Below the pieces are notes generated by a model. The model had not been told where the DNA came from and did no database searches. It saw only the letters and a list, made by a program, of their open reading frames with translations. A DNA stretch of 61,766 nucleotides, filler included, from Basidioascus undulatus (Eukaryota), in the NCBI GenBank assembly GCA_000826855.1. It is 11 parts of 11 records of this genome, joined end to end, with 100 filler letters (N's around TTAATTAATTAA, not from the genome) between each part and the next. Parts side by side here need not be neighbours in the genome. Positions count along the whole stretch, not along the records: positions 1 to 24,540 come from JTLS01000236.1; 10 more parts are not named here. One strand, written 5' to 3'. Below, in pieces: positions 1 through 11,370 of the stretch. The number at the start of each line of letters is the position of its first letter. Within the stretch, counting starts at the first letter, position 1. The translations under genes were made by a program, and so were the position numbers.

Positions 1-1702
1 GGGGCTGGGCCCCGTCGATCGGCCACGCGCGACTCTCAGTGAAGGTTGATCCTTTCAAGTCGTCCGCATCGCCGTACAACCGCCGCCGGCGTATCCCTCA
101 CCCCTCCTCATGCCTCTCCCATCCTCATCACGACCCTAGTCTATCAGCACCTTTATTCATCTTACCCTTCTCCCCATGCCACGACCTGCTCTGCTCTTTC
201 CTCGGCCGTGTACATGCTCATCCCTGAAGCCTTTCACACCTCTGCACATGCCCCGTTCACCCCCATCCTTCGACTCACCCCCTTCCGGCTTCTCTTCATC
301 CCTTCTCCTGTCCATCTATCGTCTTCTCCTGTCCATCCTCCCCTTCCACCCCTCTTCAGCGTTGATATTACCTTTTTTCGCCGCCCGCACGTGCTCTTTG
401 TGATATGCACCCTCGGTAGTTCGTTGTTTTTGTACGGTGGAACCCCGCGAGAAGGACAGTCACTGTCGTTGTTGGAGATACTAGCTAGCAAACCCGCTTC
501 TTTGGCACGTCGGGTTGCTGCTTGTGGGTGTGAGGTTGTGGAGTTGCAAGGGTGCTTCATCTAGCGCCTTGGAACTTTCGCACTTTAAAGTCTTGTAAGG
601 TATCCAGCCTACAGCACGCAGCTCGACCGAAATCTCAGCAGGCGAAGGTGGACCAAATCATCATCAACCCCCGGTAGGCAGGCTATCCGCGCACCCGTAC
701 AACTCAGCCGCTGAGCCACTGCAAGTCTTGACACCATATGCTGCTCCGTATGCTTTGAAGCGGTTGATCGCCACGCCGGGGACGTTGGTCGCTGATAATG
801 CCCTTGTAGGAGGGGCGCAGGATGCACGATGAGCTGCTTCAATGATACGAAGCTCGAAAGCAAGTTTAAGTTGGAGAGCTCGTGTGGACCTGCCTACTTG
901 ATGAGATCTGGAAGTGCGGTTTATCCAAATTGCTACCTGTACAGGTCGGTCGCTTGGTTGGTGGGCGCCGTGCTTCAAGCTCGGGCTGCAGGAGGCATGA
1001 CACGGGCATGACACGGCTTACTGCGCCGTGGACAACATTTATACCGCTATTGGCTGAAGAAATGTGAGTGGAAGGGTTTCAGCTGATGAGGACTCCGGTG
1101 CCCCTTGAGACGACCGCCAACGCGAGCAAATAGATGGTAAAGGAGTGGCTTCAGCCAAGTGGTCGGTTGCAGCTTGGTTTCGTGAGCCTTATGGTGATAT
1201 CAGCTAAATCAATACTTCCTGGATTCCTCCAAACCAAGCAACAGACAAATACAGCGGCCTCTGAAGCCCTGCATTGGTCGACGAGGTGGTGATGCGACGG
1301 TGTCATGGACGTTGCGAGTGGCATTCGGCTGATAATGAGACGGAACCAAGACAAATCAGGCTATATGCTTATCAATTTTCTAGAGATTGCATGCGATATT
1401 CTGTTCAAGTCACTCTGCAATGACGCTGCGTGCCTCGTCGAAGCTGACTGCTTTCAAGGCGGGAGGCTGTTAGGAGATGTCATTGTAGAAATCTTGCTTT
1501 GAAGGATTCGGCAGTCTTCCACGGAGAAGTTCTTACACCGAGTTCCTGAGCGGATCCCGCAAAAGACGTTGCCGTGACAGGCTGAACGGCGGAACCCTCT
1601 TTCTTCCGCCTACAATCGGTTCCATCCCCTTCCACTCCTCGATCCTCTTCAGAGTCATTCTCACCACAACACCGATCCTCCCAGCTGGATCAGCACCTCA
1701 TC

Positions 1703-2980
1703 ATGTCCTCGAACGGTTTCTTTTTGCTTCCCAGTGAAGTCATTGCTCGCATCTTCGAGCTCGCCAGCGACGGCGACGGCAAGGAGGCAGCGAGGACCAG
1801 AGCGACCCTGCCTCTCGTATGCAAGGCGCTTACCGTGCGCACCAATTCTCCTTTTCATTGAGACCGCCTGTGCTGAGCGTGACTCCTGACAGAACCGTGG
1901 GCGGCAAGCTCTCCTCCGCACCGTTGTTCTCTCGAGCCTGACTTCGATCGGGAGCTTCTACGACGCGCTCGTCATGGCAGAACACCGCGGTTCGCCGGCG
2001 AAGAATTCGTTCGGTCCCTTGAATTCATCCCGAAGAGCACCGTGAAGGGCATCGGTCTGGTCCAAGCATCTCTTCTGCCTACCGTGCTTTCGCTCACCCA
2101 AACTTGCTGCCTGCTCCGTTGACGGACCCGATCACCTCTAATGGGAACTCTGCGCCCCTCATGCTCTTCGCCAGTTATCACTTACTTGCAGCGCGACTCT
2201 TGAGGAACTTTCACTCAAGGTCGATCTTTCGAGCGACGACAACCAAATCGGGCTCGCCTCCTTGAGCCCCTTCGTAAACCTGCGACGCCTCTCCCTTACC
2301 ATTGCTAGAGGCGTCAAATGCGCTCCGGATTTGCCATCCATCTGCCTCCCCAAGCTCAAGAAGCTCGATTCAGGCCCTCTCGGCGGCTGAATCGTGGTTG
2401 CGCTTGCTCGTCCTTCCTGAGGTACACGTTATCAGGCTCACTGTGCGCGAAGCTTCCCCTCACCGTCATTTTTTCAAGCGCCATCAGGCTACGGTCAGGG
2501 AACTCACAATACGGGCGGAAGTACGCCGTTCTTCAAGTCCTTCGAACATGCCCGTCACTACGGGCTCTCGTGCTTCGGATTAAGCGGCATGCGACAGCAT
2601 TGGCGCAGGCCCTCCCGAAAACGCTGCGATCTCTCACCGTCCATGTGCCTTTGGCTACTTCTTCTGAAGGTATACAGAAGGTCATTGCACTCGTACGGTT
2701 GATCGATGAGCTCTGTCTGTCACCTCCGCCTGGACTGCGAGCCTTTCGGCTACTGGTTTGTCCGGGCGACCGTCGACTCGTCTGGCTCTTCGGGGGTCAG
2801 CTTCATGTTTCCGTTCATGGGGTTGGACTCTTGATCCAAACGCCAAGCTTGCACATCACAACATGGCCTTCTGCGGTTCTGACTGTAAGCGACTGTCCGT
2901 TTCGGTCAAAGCACTACGGGGAGAAATCCGAAGATGATGAGGGTTGGACGAGCAAGAAGAGAAAAGGGGAGCGGCAGTGA
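1703..2980 (+). pseudogene. F-box/LRR (RNI-like) gene, frameshifted
   Basis: ATG at 1703 gives MSSNGFFLLPSEVIARIFELA...LPLVCKAL (F-box), followed by a GTGCGC..CTGACAG intron. LRR-like segments (FVRSLEF, LEELSLKV, FVNLRRLSL, LPKLKKL, CPSLRALVL) are spread over different frames with stops. Confidence 0.75.
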
Positions 2981-3810
2981 TTGACCGTGAAGGAGATGTC
3001 AATACGTATGGTCAGTACAAGGCGCGGGGTTTTCATATACACTTTGGTCGCATGCCGAAATTTGATGCATACGCTTATCGACGCTGGCGAAGCGTTCCCC
3101 GAACCGCTCATGACAGCTGAGGGGAGTGCCTGAATACTGCCAGTGTTCCAACTGTTATGCATTGGCCTTCAGCCGGCTCCACATCAAAAGAAATCCAGAA
3201 AGAAACGGGCTCAGCTGAAGCATGCTTCGTTAGTTTCTCCACTGGCAACGGCGCCCTGCAAAGAGTAAGTAAGGCGTGATGCTTTTCAACCGACACATTA
3301 TTGGTAGTAAAACTCCGCAAGTGTTGTAAACTGGCAAATGCTGGAGCAACACAGCCTCTCACGGCCTGAAGGACTTTGTCTCCTGCTTTGTATCACGGAA
3401 AACGCACTTCGGGACGAACATGAGAACTGGCTGGCTCTCATGGATCCTGCATCAGACGTCCTACGTTGCCAAATTTGCGTGAGGGAGACTCTTCCACCCT
3501 TCAAAAGTATAGAATGAGGGTCTATCATCATTGATTGCTAAGCGGACGCTGTCTGCGACTGTCGCACACTCAAGAGCGGCTTGGAAGCCCATATCCAATA
3601 TTCGAAGCATGGCTCGAACTTCCGAGGCAGGAATTTCTGTACACCTTACTTAGCATCTAATGAGTCACTTGAGGCCTGACAGCAAGCCCGGACTGGACAT
3701 TCAATCGGCAGAGGCCGAGCTGAACTTAATTTGCGCAAATACAATCCTCGATGTGTACTTCAGTACACGCTATCGACAACTCCCAAACACAAGTCGTCCA
3801 AGGAGGACAT

Positions 3811-5243
3811 CTAAGGCAAGAACGCAAAGGAATGTTCATGGCAGCAAGAAGCATCCCCCGATTCTCGGCACATGCTGTCAATCATTGTCCTCGTCGCTTG
3901 CCCCTCCACATCCACGTTTAGTTGCTGTATCGCCCGTAAGTAGTCCACATCGCTGGTACCCCCGTCGTCCTCGGTCTCATCGACGGCGTTCGAAAAGCTT
4001 ATAACATCCCACGAGGCGTCGCACAGAGCAATGTCACGTTCCGCCAACTTGTTGCTCTGCTCAAACGCCCCAGACGGAAGTCTCATAGTGGCGAGGGTCG
4101 GAACCCCCATGAAATCGACCCTGAAGGATCCGCAGAGCACAGTCGGACTAGGCGTAGTGACGCTAAGGCGAATTACAGAGCTGCTGGATCATCTCTCCAA
4201 TCGGCACGTACGGTTATACATGCGAAGCGTTGGGGAGAAATACGCCTTGAGGGTGAGGCAGTCCAAGGACTGGGGAAATGCTCGCGCCAGTGCGGCCTTG
4301 AAGAACTCGAGTTGAAGGTCGATACGCGGCAGCGATTTGAAAAAAACTGGGAGTCTCGATGACTGCGTCCAGCCTCGGGGCGGCTTCGCGACAGGAGAGC
4401 TACAGGTCCTCAGGCTACTGATGTGGCGCTACCCTTATGGGAAGACTGACCTTAGTTCTGTGAACCCATATGCGAAGTTCGCGCAAGGAAGGGAGACGGA
4501 GCGTGCTCCACCAGTACTCGGCGGTGGGCGCGCTGAAGCCGGAACCAATGGCTAGCTCTTCCAAAAGAGGAAGCTCAATAGAGGAGAAGTCGGATCCGCA
4601 GGTAATGGCCTGACCTTTACCGTGATTAAGAACGAGTACCCGAAGGTTGATGAAGCGCGCCAGGCAAGGTAGACCACGCTCAGCGTCGCTCCCCAGAAAC
4701 TCGACGAGCAGAGTCAGCGTCTTGAGTGTCAAAGGGCAAGAAAAGAACTCAGTGCCTGCAGTGTGCTGTAGTCGCAACGAAGGCTCCCTTCCCGCTCCAA
4801 ATAACGCCGCCGAGGGTTTGATGTAACCGAGCAGCTTGTGAGGTTGGGTGTAAGCGAGAACACGTCGAAAAGAAGAGATGGAGAAGGGAGCTTCTCTCCA
4901 CCCTTGACACCCCCCCCCAATGGAGAACGCAAGAGTGCGAACCCAGTTCCCATAGTAAATGTGCGACCGTGTGGAAGGCTGAGTACGCTGCGGAATTGCT
5001 CGATCGAAGCGACGACTGTTTCCAGGAAAGCCCGCTGCCGAGTCCTACCCGTGGAGACTCTCACATGAGCTGTGCCGACTTCGCAGAAAGACCAAAGATG
5101 GAAGTGATCACGGCAAGATTTTTACAAATGAGGGGAAGGGCTGCCCTCGTCTTTGCGGCCTGCACGTTCTTGCCGCTGCTGGCAAGCTTGAAGATGCGAG
5201 CGATCAGCTCCGTGGGGAGCGAAAGGAGGTAGCTCGAAGACGT
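3811..5243 (-). pseudogene. F-box/LRR paralog of 1703-2980, frameshifted, with ACG at the start-codon position
   Basis: SSSYLLSLPTELIARIFKLAS...AALPLICKNL aligns with the 1703 gene. LTPNLTSCSV, FINLRVLVL and LPLLEEL also align but lie in different frames. Confidence 0.75.
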
Positions 5244-6483
5244 AGTGCTGGACCAGTACAGGGAGGAATAGGTGATATTGACGAAACTGGAGCGGTGTGT
5301 GAAGAGTAAGGCTCGAGGAGAATGATGGACGGGAGGTAAGTGAGGGTTGGAGCAGCGTTGCACGCTGTCGCTGGGACCGTTGTCATCTGACCCAAAGCCG
5401 ATCGGGCCCGCAAAAACGCTCCAAGGCGTTGCTTTCTCACTTCTATATTCAGGCAATATAAAGCGGAATTACGTAGAGTAGAGCTCACGGTTTATTACAG
5501 AGGCGGTGCCCATCTGAACCAATTTTCGCTCAAAACGTACACTACACAGTATGTGGGTAGTGCTCGACTGTCAGTGTTTAATAATACCCGGGATTCTATT
5601 ATAGCGCAGGACGTTCATTGCAGGCGTGGTGCTGTGAAGAGGCCCAGCTGTTGAAATGATCGATGAGAATGCTCCCGCTGCAGGTAAGCAGCATGGGAGG
5701 GGAGCCAATGTGCGGCGAAGTTAAGCTCTCGGAGACAAGTCTACTGAGCCTACCACTCTAAAACTGATCCATCATCGCAAGAAGCAGGCACGAGGACACT
5801 GCAGGATCGTGGCTCAGAGCGGAAAGATCGAGCTGCCGACCATGCCCGGATGCCCCTGCTTTCGCAATGTCGCTCGAAGAGCAGTCCTGGAGGGATGGAT
5901 TATTATGTACCGTGATACGAAGCCCCCTAAACTTGCCCTCAGACAATATCAGAGGCGCATGCGCAGAACTTTACAGAATCGCTTGCTTCGGAATCCCCTG
6001 CATGTGGGGTTCGGGCTTGGAAGACTCAAGATCCTAAGAAAAAAAGTGAAGCCGAATTTGTCTGTGAAAAGAGTGGCATTCGCAACTGCCTAAGTCAGTC
6101 ACTTGGTAAAAGTCCTTTCGAGCAGTGGGACTCGGAGGTACTGGTCGGGCCAGGTTGCACATGTACTTGCTCCAACTGCGATGTGTTGCACATGTTAATA
6201 ATGTGTTTCTGCAGTGAGGCACTCAAAAGCTATTCCAAGGTTATTGCTCGAGTTAGAGGGACGCTTTGACTGTCACAAGATTCTGAGTTCTCCAGTACTG
6301 ATCAGTGGTGTGCAGCATTTCTCACATAAGAGCGTACGCGGAGGGCAGACTTCATGCACAGAGCAGAACAATAAGAGTCCTGTATTATGCTAAAATGGAA
6401 ATGGAATGTCTGCACAATGGACGTCCTTCTCCGCGCCGGGCGAATGACCACGCCGCGCTCCCTCCACTGCCCGTCACTCATCC

Positions 6484-8251
6484 TTACAGCAAAATGGCCG
6501 CCGCCGAGAGCACAACGACGCCGGCGGTGATGGCGAGGGCGAAAACGGGCGCGGTGCTGCCGATCGCGCCGTTGTTGCCACCACCGTTGTCGCCTTGAGA
6601 AGCCTCGCTAGTCGACTTAGTGTCGGACCCAGAGCCGCCCGACTTCGAGCCAGACGCGACGTTGTTGGCCATGATGCTCGTCTGCTTGACGCAGTTGGAG
6701 GTGGCGGGCGTCATGGCGACCGACGAGGGCGTGGCGGTGTCACCGACAGTGTAGGCCACTGATGGGAGTGGTAAACAGCCAGTTAGGAGAAAATTCCCGA
6801 GGAACAGGCTTGAAAGGATAACGCACCAGGCGTGCCGTTGTCGGTGAGGGTGCCGGTGAAGCGCTGGGCGAAGGACGAATAGGAGTTCTCGCCGACGGGG
6901 TACATGCCTGAATGAGAGGAAATGTGAGAAGCTGCAAAGCGTTGATGGAATTAGTTCGCAAAGCATACCAGGCGGGTAGGCGACCTCGCCATCGCAAGTG
7001 TCGAAGACCTTGTCAGAGTAGTCGCCTGGGTGGATATTCGGGTCAGCATTGTTTGATTCGCGGGGATATAGGTTTCAGCTATATCGTACCAGGCATCACG
7101 AAGTTGCACCTGAAGGCAGTATCGATCAGCTTCGCTGTTGGAGGGAAAGAGAATTGAAAACGAAAGCATACCCCATCTCGTCGAGCTGTTGCATATTGTG
7201 GAAGTCAGCGCAAAGGATTGAGTGGGCATCCGTAGGAGAAAACGGACCTTGTGCTCGCACATCGTCGCAGCGGGGTACTGCCAAGAGTCGATCAGCTCCG
7301 ATCGGACGTACAGAGCAGAAATGGGAAACTCACGGTGGAGTTCTCGCCGGTGCAGATACGAATGCAGACCTGGGAGTACGAGATAAACTCCATCCACTCC
7401 TGGTAGTGGACGTCCTGGCCAGTAACGTTGGAGGTAACGTTGCCACCGACCTGTAGGAACAATGCATGAGCCATTGTGTGGAACGGGAAACAGAGCTGAA
7501 AGGTGCTCACAGGGTTGCCCTCCCCAGTCGCACCGTGCGGGTCGAGCTCACCACCGTAGTCATCCGCACCGAGACCCTGTCCCCCGAACCGCATTAATGC
7601 CCGTCGAAACACCGCGGAAGTCGATGAAATCATACAATCTTGGTGAAGTCACCCAGAGCCATCACCTGGACATAGAAGTCGGTCTTGACGAAGTGCACGG
7701 CGGTGAAGGTGCCGTCGGGGATGACACGGGCGTTGTTACGCGGCTGCGTACACCATGCGATCTGGATGCCCTCTGCGACGACGCAGGGAAGGAATATCAG
7801 ACGAAACAAGCGATAGAAATGTGGAGGTCGGTGACAGATCAGGACGTACCAGTCTCGCCGATCGTCTTGCCAGGCTCCGGAGGACCGAAGATGCAGAAGT
7901 CCTGCGGACAGAATTCTTGTCAGAATCAAACGTCATAGGAATCAAAGGAGCAAGAAGGTCCGGCGTTGGTGTGGGTGGTTGGCTGGGAGGAGGGGGAGAA
8001 AGAAGACGTACGTCGATGCTGTTCACAGTCACCAAGCGTGCCATGGACGTCTGGTTCACGTCCGTTCCCATCGTGGGCTCAGGCGGGTTGTTTGGACCCA
8101 TTGCTTTGCGCCGACAAATATATCAGAGCAAGTCCGGGAATCAGATGGTGCGAGTAAGCGAGGACGCACTGCCAGTGGCGGTAACCTGCGCAGAGGCAGA
8201 CGCCGCGAAACCAAGCGCAGCGGCTGCGGCGGTGTAAAGGGCGGCGACCAT
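6484..8251 (-). CDS. MP88-like secreted GPI-anchored mannoprotein (multi-exon)
   Basis: Signal peptide MVAALYTAAAAALGFAASASA. Motifs SIDDFCIFGPP, IAWCTQPRNNARVIPDG, HFVKTDFYVQV and GGELDPHGATGEGNP are typical of the basidiomycete MP88 family. A Ser/Thr/Gly tail and hydrophobic C-terminus follow. Confidence 0.85.
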
Positions 8252-9688
8252 TATGTGTTGCGTGGATGTTATGATAGTCAAGTGAAAGAGCGTGTGTGTT
8301 CAGCCGGGGTCAATAGGGTAGGCCAGCTGTGGTGAAGCCGTATGGCAGTGTAAGGGAAGCAACGCGAGGAGCAGATCCCAAGGAAGGAGGAGCGAAAGGA
8401 GGCTGGCGGGTTCGAAGGTGTGGTGAGGAAGAAAGGGGGGGGTGCGATCGGAACACTGCTGAGGGAGCGAGATGAGCAAGGGATGAAGAACCTTCTGGCC
8501 AGGGTATCAACCGTCATGATGCAGTTGAACCGCATAGGAGGTAGACTATCGGTGTGCTAGTCGTGCCATAATCGCCGCAAGCCAAAGACGAGGGTGCACA
8601 CCCTGGTCCTGCCTTACTGCGGACCGCACCGCCTCGCGATCTTGATATTATTTTCGCGTACAGGCGCGTACACGAATAGAAACGCGCGGCCGCGCGACTC
8701 TCCGAGTCTCCATTCGATTGGCGGGCAGGTGGAGATCAATATATGTGTCGGGCGAGGGGTGCTGCGGCCACTTCGTCTGACGCCAACTCCACGGGGTCGC
8801 GGGAAAAGCAGCGCAGCCTGTAGTAAGTTCAACTTCGTTTTTTTTCGCGGTCATGTCTTTTTCTTCACCAGATGATGCTCGCAGCTATATGGGACACTGC
8901 AAAATTTCTTCTATCCCGGCCTTCCCAACCCGGCGAGTATGCTGATGCACACGCGCTCTGACCCCGCCGCACCCAGCCCCTATCCCCCTCGTGCTTCCCA
9001 TCCCTGAGCCCGGAACCAGCCCAACCCGAACGCAGCTGCCATGACCAAGAAGAGTGCGCAGAGGACCTGGCCGTTCGTCAGGCTGAGCACGCGCCGGCGG
9101 TGGAATACGACTTTGAGCGCGTGGGGCCCCACCAGGGGCCCTGTTTGTCGGGTCCGGTCGAGGGGCAGCTGTCAGCGTGTAAGCTCTGCCTGGGAGGCGA
9201 AATGTGAGATTTGCCGTGTGGGCGTCGTGCTCTCGGGCCGAAGAGGAGGTGCTCATGGAGTGGTGAGAAAAAGAAGCCACGCGAGACGTGCATGTGCTGG
9301 TGAGGCTGGCCGCTGGCGAGGACCTCCAGGTGAGTTCAGACCGAGGTTACGGGCGGCGTGACAGGCGGTGACAGTTTCAGCGGTGACCAGTGGTGGATTC
9401 TCGATCAGCAAGCATCAACCACCGTATCCTATAACAACGAGAAAAAACAGGTTTCACGTCTTCACAAACAATCGCAGCGACCAGACCTCGTCCGTGCCGC
9501 AAGCTCAATACTTTATCTTCATTCCCCGACCTATAGTACATCGGTCTCGTATCACAATTCATCCGGGGCAGGTGTGGCTAGGTCACGGCGGTGATGCTCG
9601 GATTGCACTTAGAGATTGAAGAAGTCTGGTGAAGCGGTGTGGAGGAGGAGGAGATGGCGGTTGCAGAGAAAAGGTACGGATTCAGGTT

Positions 9689-10995
9689 TCAGACGTCCGC
9701 AGGCGCGGGCAGACCTTCACCCGCCTGCTGCCCGCGCGTGAGGACCTCCAGCATGCCAAGGCCGAGGGCGGAGTTGACGAGGACCCAGCCTGGGACGGAG
9801 AGGGGGGGAGGAGACGTCAGGTTGGAAACGGAGGGAAAGAAAGGAAAAGAGGTGAAGAAAGGGTGAAGGGAAGACGGACCGGCGAACCAGTAGCCCTCCT
9901 CGCGCACGATCGACTTGACGCAGTCGAGCCAGCCCTTGTATGGCTGGGGGCGGACCGGGACGACTGAAGCCAGGAAGGCAGGGTGGGCGTGAGGAACAGT
10001 GGGAGGAGACGAGAAGAGAAGATGGAAGGCGAGCGTACCGCTGTCGATCTGCTCGCCCTCCACGGTGTACTGCGCGATCAGGCGCGTCATGACGACGCTG
10101 CTGAAGAGGTTGCTGGCGACGGCAAGGAGGCGGGCGGGGAGGGCGAGCGCGGACTCGGGGTCGGTGAGGGAGATGAGGAACGAGGTCAGGAGGGAGGAGC
10201 TGGTGGTGAAGACGCTCGTGCCGAGGAGCGCGGGCAGGAGGCGCTTGTAGATCGTCAGCGGTTGGCTGCGCTCGGTGTGGGAGAGGAGGTCCTTCGACGG
10301 GCGCGAGGACTTGAGGAGGGCGGCGCTGGAGGTGGAGGAGGGGGGTCAAGATGGGATGTGAGGAGGGAGGAATGGGGAAGTGAGGAGAAGGGGAAGTGAG
10401 GAGAAGGGGAAGTGAGGAGAAGGGGAAGTGGGAAAACGACGTACCGGGTAAGAGCGACCTTGAAGGGAAGGAAGAGCGCGTCGAGCGCAAAGGTCGCGAC
10501 GGCGGAGATGGCGAATGCGCCGGGAGCGTAGGTGAGGAGAAGCGAGGTCGGGCCGACAGCGACGTTCAGGCGGCCGTAGGGGAGGACGGGGGAGAGGAGG
10601 GCGGCGAGTCCGAGGTCGGCAAAGGCGTACAGGCGCTCGGAGACGATTCGGAGGACAGCGACTGCCCAGAGAACGAGGTGTGATCAGGGAGGAAGCTACG
10701 AAGGCTCGGGGTAAAGGGAGTATGCACCTCGAACCAACGGCACCCCAACATCAGTGAAGAAGTACTTCTTGATCGCGCTCCAGCTCACGCGGCTCTCGTC
10801 CGCGCCGAGCGCAGGGTTGCGTGCGGCCTTGGTGGGGCGGTAGAAGGCCTCGATTCGAGTAGTAGGAATATACGGATAGAAGGAAATGCCGAGGCCCGCA
10901 ACGCCGACAACGAAGCCGGCGCCAGCAATGGCATAGTCCCCAAGAGAGGCCGGGGCGGGTGGGGTCGGTGCGGGAGGCGGTGGGTAGGTAGCCAT
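9689..10995 (-). CDS. Divergent mitochondrial carrier (SLC25)-like membrane protein
   Basis: Spliced product MATYPPPP...LFLPFKVALTR...SVVMTRLIAQ...PYKGWLDCVKSIVREEGYWFAGW. The last motif is a carrier matrix-helix signature; four GT-AG introns. Confidence 0.7.
10374..10430. repeat. 16-nt tandem repeat (GGGGAAGTGAGGAGAA) x~3.5, intronic
   Basis: Read directly from the sequence. Confidence 0.9.
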
Positions 10996-11370
10996 GGTTG
11001 ATGAGCAGGAAGCGAGAAGGGAGCGGCAGCCACTTGCGAGCTGGGAAGGCAGGGACGTCATCGGCGACCGACTCGAAATTGCCAAATAATGACCCACAAC
11101 TTGTCTTCGAAGCGTTGAATACCAAGCTCTTGAAGATGTACTCCTTGCACAACAAAATAATTTCAATAAAGTTTAAGAAGAAAATGGTGCAGTCCTTGTT
11201 TTTGTTCAATCTCTTCCGCAGCCTGCGGTCGACGATCAACGCACTCTCGACGCGTCTTCCGGCTTTCACGCCTTTCGCTCACCCTCCTCGCACGCTGACT
11301 TTCGAGCCCTAATCTCCGCATTCAAGTCCCCGCTCAAAGGCCATCTAAACCCTTTGTCTTTCTTCGATCA

